From a virus: DNA of 64,000 nucleotides. The position numbers and the translations under genes were made by a program. The stretch spans positions 65,268-129,267 of the IMG/VR virus record IMGVR_UViG_3300005747_000012; one strand, written 5' to 3'. The notes under the pieces were generated by a model. It was not told the DNA's origin, did no database searches, and was given only the letters and a program-made list of their open reading frames with translations. Positions 18,563 to 26,620 of the stretch are shown one piece after another; position 1 is the stretch's first letter, and every line of letters begins with the position of its first letter.

Positions 18563-18921
18563 TACAATTTATCCTCACGTTTATCAAATTTAGGTATTTT
18601 TTTTAAACAATTATTTTTATTTAACCATCTAATAGTAGCCTCTACCATCATCATATGCGGCAACTCTTCTTGAGTTACCTTTTTTCTTTTTTGCCCAAGA
18701 AAAATTGGCATTGAATCAATTGAAAATTTTGTTTTGGCAGAACCAATGATAGATCGTAAATCAAAATGATCCATTATGTAATCGCAAGTATTTAAATGTA
18801 CATATTTATTCATAAGGTTACTAAGGCTTTCAAGCTGGTCTTTAAAACATTGGCTGTCAATATCTTCAAGAAATTGCCTCATATCTTTTTCCATTCTATA
18901 TTTTAATTCGTCCTTACTCAT
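18562..18921 (-). CDS. hypothetical protein
   Basis: ATGA overlap with the SbcC stop (start MSKDEL). Confidence 0.65.
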   Translation of the reverse strand: MSKDELKYRMEKDMRQFLEDIDSQCFKDQLESLSNLMNKYVHLNTCDYIMDHFDLRSIIGSAKTKFSIDSMPIFLGQKRKKVTQEELPHMMMVEATIRWLNKNNCLKKIPKFDKREDKL

Positions 18922-20951
18922 GCCACACAACTCTCTTCGTTAATTCTTTTTACTTTTATAATATCACAAACCATTTCTTTAACTTCTGAAGAATGATCAA
19001 CCATTAATATTTTTTTATCAGTATTTAAATTTTTTAAAATCTCTAAGCATTCAATTTTAGATATAGAATCAAGGCCGTCAAAACCTTCGTCAATAATTAA
19101 TAAATTAACACCTTTTTGAGTCATGCTTTCAATCATTTCACCTATAGCTAAGTCCACAGCAAAATCAGCCGATGTACGCTCTCCACCAGACAAAGTTTTT
19201 ATAGGCACTTTAGAATCGCCCTCAAGATTAATAACAGCATTTATTTCGTTCTTAATAGACCCCGTTTTGGTTTGTTTAGCGTTTTCAAAAGAAATTACAG
19301 CATTGACCATATTAGGAATCATGTTGATGATTTCAGTAGCTCTGTTGCCAATATAACCAAGCGTATCTTGAAATTTTTGTAAAGTATAATTTTTAATTAG
19401 TCGAATTGATTCTTCTGATAAAATTACTTTTTGATCAATATCATTAAGCTCATTTTGCCTAGATTCTAGGTCAGTTTTAAAATTTTGAATCTTAATATTG
19501 ATATTTTCAAGGTCTCTTTCGTAGTTTTTAAGAGCATCTTGGTAAGCGTCTTTGATAGTCTTCATTTGTTGAATATCATTTTTACGCTTAACAATTTCAG
19601 CCATCATATCAGATTCTTTCTCTTTATATAGAGATGTTGTTGTAGCATATCTCTGGTTGTAATCGTTTATAGCTTTTAAATATTCTTTATCAAGGTCATT
19701 AGTTTGCTGAATAAGTTCAGATTTTTTATTTTCAAGAGTTTCTAGTTGTTTAGTTTCTTCTTGATTTACTTTAATGTTTCTTTTAGCTTCCAAAAGTTGT
19801 TCAGCTTTTGTCTTCATTTCTATATAATGTGGAATTTGACCTACTGCGTCTTTACAAGCATTTATTTCCATTCCCACTTCTGCAATAGCATATCTAAGCT
19901 CTACAAGTTTTTCTTCTGAAGTCCAGTTTTGCATACAAGTAGGACAAGTGCCAGCTTCAATATGTTGATATTGCTCTTGAAGCTTTTTTATTTCAGTTTC
20001 TTTTTCAATAGCTTTATGTTTTAAATTATTTGCATCGTCAATCTTTTTTTGTATTTTATACATTGCTGAAGTCATTTGTTGTATGTCTTGCTCTTTTTGG
20101 GTAAGATTGGTGTGCATTTTTTGTTTTAATTGTGAAATTTCTGTTTCAATATTTTTAACTTGGCCAAGTAATAGGGCTTTACCTTCAGTTTCTATCATTT
20201 CTGGTTTTTTACCTAAACTAGCAACATTATTTTCATATTGCCTATGTTCATTGCGAATAGCCTGCTCTAGTACATCAATACTTAGATTAATATCATCTTC
20301 AGTTGTAAAAAATGTAGGCTCTTGAGGTTTTTCTTTTTGTGCTAAGTAATCATTAAGTTGATTAATTGTATGTTTAATTTCAGTAATACTGCTTTCAAGC
20401 TTAATCTTTCTTGGTTTATATTGTTCTTTAAGTAGCTCATTCATTTTCTCAATTTTTTCTTGATATTTACCTAAGTCCAAACACTGGACAAGAAATTCAT
20501 GGGATTGTTTTGGTGTTAAATTGAGAAAAAAGCCACCTTGTTTTTGGCGTTTATAACACATTGTTTTCAATAGATTTCGGTCTACGCCGATAATTTCATC
20601 TAATTTTTCTTCAGCAAGCTTGCTGTTTCCAGATACGGTTCCTTCTGGTGTTTCAATGGTAAGTCCATCTTTTTTGGAACGGGTAATTGTAATCCCTCCC
20701 TCAAATTCACCCTGAACCCAGATAGGCGACTTAGTAATCCTACTCTGCAATTGTGTCGAAGGGATATCCGATATTCCAAGAAGGAAAGCGAGTGCTTCCA
20801 CTGTTGTTGATTTCCCTGCTCCACTAGAGCCTCCTGTATTTGTATTCTCACCATCAATTTGAATTAGGTGACTTCGACTTTCGAGGTCAACTGTTTGTTT
20901 TTCAACAAACCTACCAATTCCTGAAAATGAGTAATTTTTTAGTTTGAGCAT
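18918..20951 (-). CDS. SbcC/Rad50 (gp46-like) SMC ATPase
   Basis: Walker A 'SGAGKST', CPTC zinc hook, 'LSGGE', Walker B 'IIDEGFDGLD', 'VDH'. Confidence 0.93.
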   Translation of the reverse strand: MLKLKNYSFSGIGRFVEKQTVDLESRSHLIQIDGENTNTGGSSGAGKSTTVEALAFLLGISDIPSTQLQSRITKSPIWVQGEFEGGITITRSKKDGLTIETPEGTVSGNSKLAEEKLDEIIGVDRNLLKTMCYKRQKQGGFFLNLTPKQSHEFLVQCLDLGKYQEKIEKMNELLKEQYKPRKIKLESSITEIKHTINQLNDYLAQKEKPQEPTFFTTEDDINLSIDVLEQAIRNEHRQYENNVASLGKKPEMIETEGKALLLGQVKNIETEISQLKQKMHTNLTQKEQDIQQMTSAMYKIQKKIDDANNLKHKAIEKETEIKKLQEQYQHIEAGTCPTCMQNWTSEEKLVELRYAIAEVGMEINACKDAVGQIPHYIEMKTKAEQLLEAKRNIKVNQEETKQLETLENKKSELIQQTNDLDKEYLKAINDYNQRYATTTSLYKEKESDMMAEIVKRKNDIQQMKTIKDAYQDALKNYERDLENINIKIQNFKTDLESRQNELNDIDQKVILSEESIRLIKNYTLQKFQDTLGYIGNRATEIINMIPNMVNAVISFENAKQTKTGSIKNEINAVINLEGDSKVPIKTLSGGERTSADFAVDLAIGEMIESMTQKGVNLLIIDEGFDGLDSISKIECLEILKNLNTDKKILMVDHSSEVKEMVCDIIKVKRINEESCVA

Positions 20952-21175
20952 TGTTTAATCATTTCCTCTGTTGAAACTTCTTCAATTTCAATTTCTGTTA
21001 AATTTGGAGTGTAATGACATCTTTTATACATAGCATCGGTTTCATTTACATATTTGTATAAACCATTAAATGTAACAACCTCTTCATTTTTAAGTATTTT
21101 TTCTCCAACACTTTCGCCAACAAATACTGTTTCATTATTATGTTTAAATTTTATTTTATATGTTTTTTCACTCAC
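20939..21175 (-). CDS. hypothetical protein
   Basis: 78 aa, coupled to neighbours. Confidence 0.6.
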   Translation of the reverse strand: MSEKTYKIKFKHNNETVFVGESVGEKILKNEEVVTFNGLYKYVNETDAMYKRCHYTPNLTEIEIEEVSTEEMIKQCSN

Positions 21176-21447
21176 TTTAAATTTTCCAGTACAGAATCAC
21201 CTCTTCTTTTTAATTGAGATTCTTCTCTATCTTCAATAATTTCTACAATGTTTCTGTCTAACTCTGTTGCTTTTGCTTGCACTCCATTGTCAACAACTAT
21301 TTTGCTTTTTTGAGATGGGGAAGAGAGATGGCGAACCATCCTCTCTCCACATACACATTCTATATTATCTTTTATATCACTAGAAGATTTATAAAACTTT
21401 TTTGTTATTGCAGCACAATGTCCACAAGCATAGACTATTCTTGGCAT
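21172..21447 (-). CDS. FmdB-like zinc-ribbon protein
   Basis: 'MP...Y.CGHC...CVCG..M.R.LS.P'. Confidence 0.7.
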   Translation of the reverse strand: MPRIVYACGHCAAITKKFYKSSSDIKDNIECVCGERMVRHLSSPSQKSKIVVDNGVQAKATELDRNIVEIIEDREESQLKRRGDSVLENLK

Positions 21448-22439
21448 TACATTTCCGAAATAAAGTTGCTAAAACTCATTTTGACAATATTTCTTTTGCT
21501 ATTTGCAATTTTGGCTTTTTGCTCTTTAATTGTTTGCTCAATTTTTTCAAGAGTAAGCCCTTTGTCCATCAAACAAAGCTCTGCTTTTTTAGGCCCCTGA
21601 ACAATTTCGTTATTCCAACCTCTTTTGGCTTCAGAATCGTTTTCCTTGCATTTTTTACCAAACTTACCGCTTTTTGCCATAAAGTCATCAAGCAATACAT
21701 ATCCTTTATTAGTTCTCATAGAAGCCGTGACACTTACAGGGTATGTTCTAATTGGGCAATTGTCAAAGCTTAATTTTAGATTAAAGCCAAAGTATCTAAT
21801 GTTTTTACTGTTAACCCCTACCAAACTTTGACCGCATTTAACAGAAACCACTTCGTCTGCATACCCATTTCTTACAGCTTCATCTCCATTTAGCCATAGT
21901 TCATTATCATATTCTGACTGATATTGCTTAAGGGTTTTTTTGCCGTTAGTTCTATCGACTGTTTGTTGATCCATCATCCCAAGTCTTCTTAACCATAGAC
22001 CGTATCTAGAATCAATCTGGCTGTTTCCACCACCAAATTCTCCTCTAAACCCACCAGATGCTTTGTGACTCATGAGAACGCCATATTTTAAAATATATCT
22101 TTTTCCAAGGTGTTGTACAAGCTGAAATCCCATAGAAGCTGAAAAAAGAGTTACAGTATGAATAGGTCTATTAAGGCCTTGTAAAAATTCAACAAGCTCA
22201 AGCCCAGCCTGAATGCTTCCACCCGGAGTGTCCAAAAACAAATAGATAGGATATCCACTTTTAAGGTCTGCATTCATTTTTTTAGCCTGACCAATCAGTT
22301 TAGAAACAGAACTTCCGGTAAAAGCATTGTTCAATACAAGAGTGTTATCTTTGGTTAAGGTAATTTCTTTTTTTGAAATTTCTGCTGAATTAACTGTTAA
22401 CGAAATAGCAAGCATTAGCATTGCAATAAATAGCCTCAT
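21447..22439 (-). CDS. ClpP-like serine protease with N-terminal signal peptide
   Basis: 'LDTPGGSI', 'SASMG', 'MSHKASGG', 'WLNGDEAVRNGYADEV'; Sec-type leader. Confidence 0.85.
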   Translation of the reverse strand: MRLFIAMLMLAISLTVNSAEISKKEITLTKDNTLVLNNAFTGSSVSKLIGQAKKMNADLKSGYPIYLFLDTPGGSIQAGLELVEFLQGLNRPIHTVTLFSASMGFQLVQHLGKRYILKYGVLMSHKASGGFRGEFGGGNSQIDSRYGLWLRRLGMMDQQTVDRTNGKKTLKQYQSEYDNELWLNGDEAVRNGYADEVVSVKCGQSLVGVNSKNIRYFGFNLKLSFDNCPIRTYPVSVTASMRTNKGYVLLDDFMAKSGKFGKKCKENDSEAKRGWNNEIVQGPKKAELCLMDKGLTLEKIEQTIKEQKAKIANSKRNIVKMSFSNFISEM

Positions 22440-22473
22440 AAAATCTCCTTTGTGTGAGGTACGTTCATAATGT

Positions 22474-22502
22474 ATAATATCACAAAAAAACTTCTTTTAC
22501 AA
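22474..22502 (-). promoter_or_regulatory. sigma70-type promoter
   Basis: TTGTAA-17 bp-TATTAT with TG extension. Confidence 0.7.
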
Positions 22503-22510
22503 ACAAAAAG

Positions 22511-23149
22511 TTAATTTTCCTTTCCTTTTTCTTCTTTGTGCTTAACTAATGCTTCCAAAATACTTCCTGTATTTCCCGGTTTAATTTCTAACGTATTTTC
22601 ATTTACTTGCGTTAGCGTAGCACCATCTGAAGCGTTTACATTAACACTCATGCTTGAACCGCCACCAGTTTTTACATTAGTAGGATTAAGGATTTTTTCC
22701 AATAATTCAATACTTTTAAAATACTGACTAAGTTGTTTAAGGTCTAAGTTCTCGATAATTGTTCTGTCACCAGTTCTTAGATATTCATTCATTTCTTCGC
22801 CGTAGTATTTGTGGTGAACACTAATAAGATTGGCAATAAAATTGAGGCTTTCTACTCTAGTGTCGGTCAGTTTTTTTACCATATTTTTTTGAATATCGCT
22901 AAGATACTCCATGCGTTTCTCATACCATTTTTGCTTGGCCGACATATATAGAACTAGGTCTTTTTTTACTCTGGAGATTTTACTTATTTCTACATAAGTC
23001 TTTCCAGCCATATAAAGGCCAAATAGCCCATTTACCTTATGCTCGTCTTTAACCAGACTTTCAAGTCCAACACAACCGTTGTCAACAAATGTATTAATTT
23101 TTTTAACTTCTTCATCTGTAAAGTCATTGTCAATTTTACTTAAATCCAT
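22511..23149 (-). CDS. HTH protein, possible terminase small subunit
   Basis: 'GKTYVEISKISRVKKDLV...QKWYEKR' HTH, helical middle, beta-rich tail. Confidence 0.45.
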   Translation of the reverse strand: MDLSKIDNDFTDEEVKKINTFVDNGCVGLESLVKDEHKVNGLFGLYMAGKTYVEISKISRVKKDLVLYMSAKQKWYEKRMEYLSDIQKNMVKKLTDTRVESLNFIANLISVHHKYYGEEMNEYLRTGDRTIIENLDLKQLSQYFKSIELLEKILNPTNVKTGGGSSMSVNVNASDGATLTQVNENTLEIKPGNTGSILEALVKHKEEKGKEN

Positions 23150-23571
23150 TATTCCTCCGATAACTGTCCATTTGGCCCAATTTGAGGGGGTTGTGCTTTT
23201 AGCTTATCTTGACTTGGTTTGAACATAGAATAACGCCTTACACCATTAACAAATACTTTGACTTCAATATCTACCCAAAACATTTGCCACACCCATGAAA
23301 CTAAATTTCTACATCTAGCGTCAAAATTTTCGATGACACCTTTTTTCTCATATCCTTTAGGCATCGTAACAAAAAACTCAACTAAATTTTGTTTTGTTGA
23401 TTGCATTGTGGCTTTTGTTAAATCATATTTAACCTCAACACCTTCAACATCATCAAAAACAATATACGGCCATTTTTGCAGGCTTTCCTGATGTACACTA
23501 GAGATTTCACCAGTTAGCATGGTAATTTTTCTCATATCCTCTAGCATAGCTTTTACGGTTTCTGTTTTCAT
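23149..23571 (-). CDS. hypothetical protein
   Basis: 140 aa, coupled on both sides. Confidence 0.65.
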   Translation of the reverse strand: MKTETVKAMLEDMRKITMLTGEISSVHQESLQKWPYIVFDDVEGVEVKYDLTKATMQSTKQNLVEFFVTMPKGYEKKGVIENFDARCRNLVSWVWQMFWVDIEVKVFVNGVRRYSMFKPSQDKLKAQPPQIGPNGQLSEE

Positions 23572-25241
23572 ACTTCCCTCAAAAACTCTTTTATACTTTC
23601 TTTTTTAACACCCTCAATTGGCTGGAACTCTGTCTCAAGATATTTTTCAAGTGTTATAGAAGTATCTTTAATATCTTTGGCAACTTTAACATCAGTTGGC
23701 TTTACCTTAATACTAGCTTTATCTTTTAATTCTTTTTTAACTTTATTAATCCAAGCGGTTTTACCCTCAAGCACCACATAGTTTCTAGCATCTGGGTTAA
23801 GTATTGGCAATTCTTCACCTTCTTTAACTTCATATGAAGTAATTGGTGTAACTACATTTTCAGTTGAAAAAAATTTTTTTGATTTAACAGCACCAGTGTC
23901 TTCATGTTCAAATATCCAAATTCCTTTGGGTTGATTAGCGTCTGCCATTGTATCCCATTTAGGAGTACCCGGATAAAAGCATTTTCCTACTTGCTGGCTT
24001 TTGTGAATGTGACCTGATATAATTTCTTGTTGCGGAACTAACGCAGGGTCAATTCCTTCCTCACTAAAAAACCCATTCTCATATTGAGCACCAGTAAACG
24101 TCTGGTGAGCAATAAGGCAACCTGTAACACCTTGTTCGTAAAGATATTTACAATCCTCTAAAAAACTTTTGTAATCTTCATAGTATGGCATATAGCCTAT
24201 ATTATCTATTTCTGTAGGTACGTCAATAATGTTTATGTTATATTTGTATTGCTCATCTAAAAGAGATACAGAATTTAAACCAGCATTTTTTGATTGCCCT
24301 AAAATCATGTCGTGATTTCCTACTAAGGCTATTATGTCATATTGTTTTTGTATTCTTTTAAAAGTTTTTTTCCAAAAATCAAATACTTCTATTCTAATTA
24401 CGCCGTGGGTATGGAACAAATCTCCTAAAAAAACTATTGTAGATACGTTATTTTCTTTTGCTATTTTTACTATAAAATCTATTAATTTTTCACAATCTTT
24501 TAAATTATTTATTTGTAAATGTGGATCACCTACATATAAATATTTATTAAATTTTATTTTGTTTTCTATATAACTTTTTTTGTCTTTTATATAAAATGGT
24601 ATCCTAATTAATTTTATGCCATTCTTTTTACAAATGTCGTTTTTTATTTCATCTCTATTGTTTATTGTAAAAAAATCTTCTTTAAAAAAATCAGTATTTT
24701 GAAAATGTTGTTTTCCATCGTATTCAAAAGCTAACTTTAATTCTTTACAATAGCCATCCAATTCTAATTTTTTTCCTGTCTTATCATTTACAAGCCAATC
24801 AGGTCTTTCTTTTGGAAATTTTTTACCAGTGATATCCTCAAATATTTCTCTACAATATTCTTCGTTTTTGTATATTTTATTTTTTAAATGAGGTATTATC
24901 CCATTTACTTTAAAAGAAAACAGTGTAGTTTCATATTCTTTGTTGTTTGGGCCTAAAACTTTTAATTTTTCTTTATTGCCATTGTATTTTGTAGATAGTA
25001 GTTTGTAACCTTTTTCTTCAAAAAAACCCCTGACTTCTTCTATGTTATATTGTCTTTTTCCTGCACAATAAGAACACCTGTGACCTTCTTTAAAAACCTT
25101 AAAAGACATCGGAAAAACATGTCCCTTATTACATTCTATATCTAATTTTTGTAGTTGACCTTCGTATTCATTGGAAAGTAATTTATACCCTTCTTTTTCT
25201 ATAGTATTTTTGACATACTTTAAAGTGTGTTTATTTGGCAT
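23568..25241 (-). CDS. SbcD/Mre11 (gp47-like) nuclease with N-terminal zinc-ribbon/PD-(D/E)XK endonuclease fusion
   Basis: C-part 'GDPH', 'GDLFH', 'GNHD', 'AHQ', 'SGHIH', 'YPGTP'; N-part 'CNKGH...CSYC' and 'LELDGY...AFEYDGKQH...LIRIP'. Confidence 0.88.
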   Translation of the reverse strand: MPNKHTLKYVKNTIEKEGYKLLSNEYEGQLQKLDIECNKGHVFPMSFKVFKEGHRCSYCAGKRQYNIEEVRGFFEEKGYKLLSTKYNGNKEKLKVLGPNNKEYETTLFSFKVNGIIPHLKNKIYKNEEYCREIFEDITGKKFPKERPDWLVNDKTGKKLELDGYCKELKLAFEYDGKQHFQNTDFFKEDFFTINNRDEIKNDICKKNGIKLIRIPFYIKDKKSYIENKIKFNKYLYVGDPHLQINNLKDCEKLIDFIVKIAKENNVSTIVFLGDLFHTHGVIRIEVFDFWKKTFKRIQKQYDIIALVGNHDMILGQSKNAGLNSVSLLDEQYKYNINIIDVPTEIDNIGYMPYYEDYKSFLEDCKYLYEQGVTGCLIAHQTFTGAQYENGFFSEEGIDPALVPQQEIISGHIHKSQQVGKCFYPGTPKWDTMADANQPKGIWIFEHEDTGAVKSKKFFSTENVVTPITSYEVKEGEELPILNPDARNYVVLEGKTAWINKVKKELKDKASIKVKPTDVKVAKDIKDTSITLEKYLETEFQPIEGVKKESIKEFLREV

Positions 25242-25264
25242 TTATTTCAATCCTTTTTTTATAC

Positions 25265-25591
25265 TTAGTCATTTTTATCCTTAATAAAAATTACATCTTT
25301 CATTTCACCAACAATAAAGCCGTCAGGAAATTCTTCGCTTTCTAAAATTTGTTTGGCCCAAGCCTTAGTGTATAAAGTTTCTTCTTTAAAATAAATTTTT
25401 GTACCTTTATTAATCCACTTAATATTATTGCCTATTTCAATAGCTGCGTCAACTAAAAGTTCAAGCCCTTCAACTCCAACCTTTTGTTTTGTTATGGCAA
25501 AACCTGTGACCGCCTGATGTTCTTCAAGTTGCCTGATTTTTTTGTGAGGTTTCAAAATTAAATTACCATTAAAAGATGATTTTTCATTCAT
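25265..25591 (-). CDS. GroES-like co-chaperonin (divergent)
   Basis: 108 aa; 'NGNLILKP', mobile-loop-like 'TGFAI', 'GTKIYF', 'KDVIFI'; GroEL present in the window. Confidence 0.55.
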   Translation of the reverse strand: MNEKSSFNGNLILKPHKKIRQLEEHQAVTGFAITKQKVGVEGLELLVDAAIEIGNNIKWINKGTKIYFKEETLYTKAWAKQILESEEFPDGFIVGEMKDVIFIKDKND

Positions 25592-26619
25592 AAGTCAACT
25601 CCTTTAAGCTTTATTACTTTTTGTTCAATTAATTTTAATTTTTGACAAGCATATAAAACCGTTTGTAATGCGTCTTTTTTAGCTACTTTTGTTTCTACAT
25701 TACTTGATTTGTCTATATAAGTATCATATACCGTAAACCCTTCATTATCGACTTCAGTTTCAATACTACAAATATTTGAACCATTAAGTATATCGTTAAG
25801 TTCATAATCTTGAAGAACTCTTTTATCACCAGATTCTTTTAGATAATGATTAATGGCTTCTAATAGTAATTCAGGGTCTTCAATCTTTTCACGACTTTTT
25901 AATAAGTTAGCTTTATAAATAATTTTCTTGTCAGATGGAAAATAGTGAAGAGAAGTTTGATTGTATAAGTCCATGATATTACTTTTCATTCTAGCAATAC
26001 ATACACTTCTAAAAACTGTTCTAAATGGCCCTACCCATTTATCTACACCTGTACAAAGCCCGGCTACTGATGAAGAAATCATATCCATAAGACCTAAATG
26101 ATTTTTAGGTGTAGCTTTAAAAAATTTCATAGCCATATTGATTGCTAATGGCATACTATTTTCAATAATTTTTTGCCTTACTTTTTGATGTTCTTTCCAA
26201 GCATTGGCGGCTTTTTTTGGCAAGTTACCTCGCCAATTTTCAATTACAAACATCATAAATTTATAATTAATATGAAATCTTTTAATTTCCTGAACATCAT
26301 TTTCTTTAAATGCTGGCGAAATAAATTCGCCAAATGTTTTTGAATCTTCTCTAAAATATGGCCTAGCTGTAAGAATATTTCCTTTTTCAATTTTAATAAA
26401 CATTAAAAATTTTTGATATATTTTGTCGCTTTGTTTATAAGAATTAATGGTTTCTCTGAAAATTTCTTCCAGCTCCATTATTCTTTCAACTTGAGCTTTT
26501 TGTTGGGCAGTAAACTCTTTTTTATTTAATTTTTTGCCCTTATTATTTTTTTCTAGTATTTTGGCAATACTGTTTGCTAAATTGTAGAAAACCGGGTCGT
26601 TGACCTTCTTTCTGTTCAT
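25588..26619 (-). CDS. phage sigma70-family sigma factor lacking region 4.2
   Basis: Region 2 'IIENSMPLAINMAMKF...MDMISSSVAGLCTGVDKW...FRSVC'; region 3 'SIETEVDNEG'; ends 'LKLIEQKVIKLKGVDL'. Confidence 0.75.
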   Translation of the reverse strand: MNRKKVNDPVFYNLANSIAKILEKNNKGKKLNKKEFTAQQKAQVERIMELEEIFRETINSYKQSDKIYQKFLMFIKIEKGNILTARPYFREDSKTFGEFISPAFKENDVQEIKRFHINYKFMMFVIENWRGNLPKKAANAWKEHQKVRQKIIENSMPLAINMAMKFFKATPKNHLGLMDMISSSVAGLCTGVDKWVGPFRTVFRSVCIARMKSNIMDLYNQTSLHYFPSDKKIIYKANLLKSREKIEDPELLLEAINHYLKESGDKRVLQDYELNDILNGSNICSIETEVDNEGFTVYDTYIDKSSNVETKVAKKDALQTVLYACQKLKLIEQKVIKLKGVDL

Positions 26620-26620
26620 G

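Noticed and set aside
21447-22439. ClpP-like ORF as the prohead protease
   Set aside because: Has a signal peptide, a sigma70-type promoter and lies among replication genes; the protease and major capsid genes are probably outside the window
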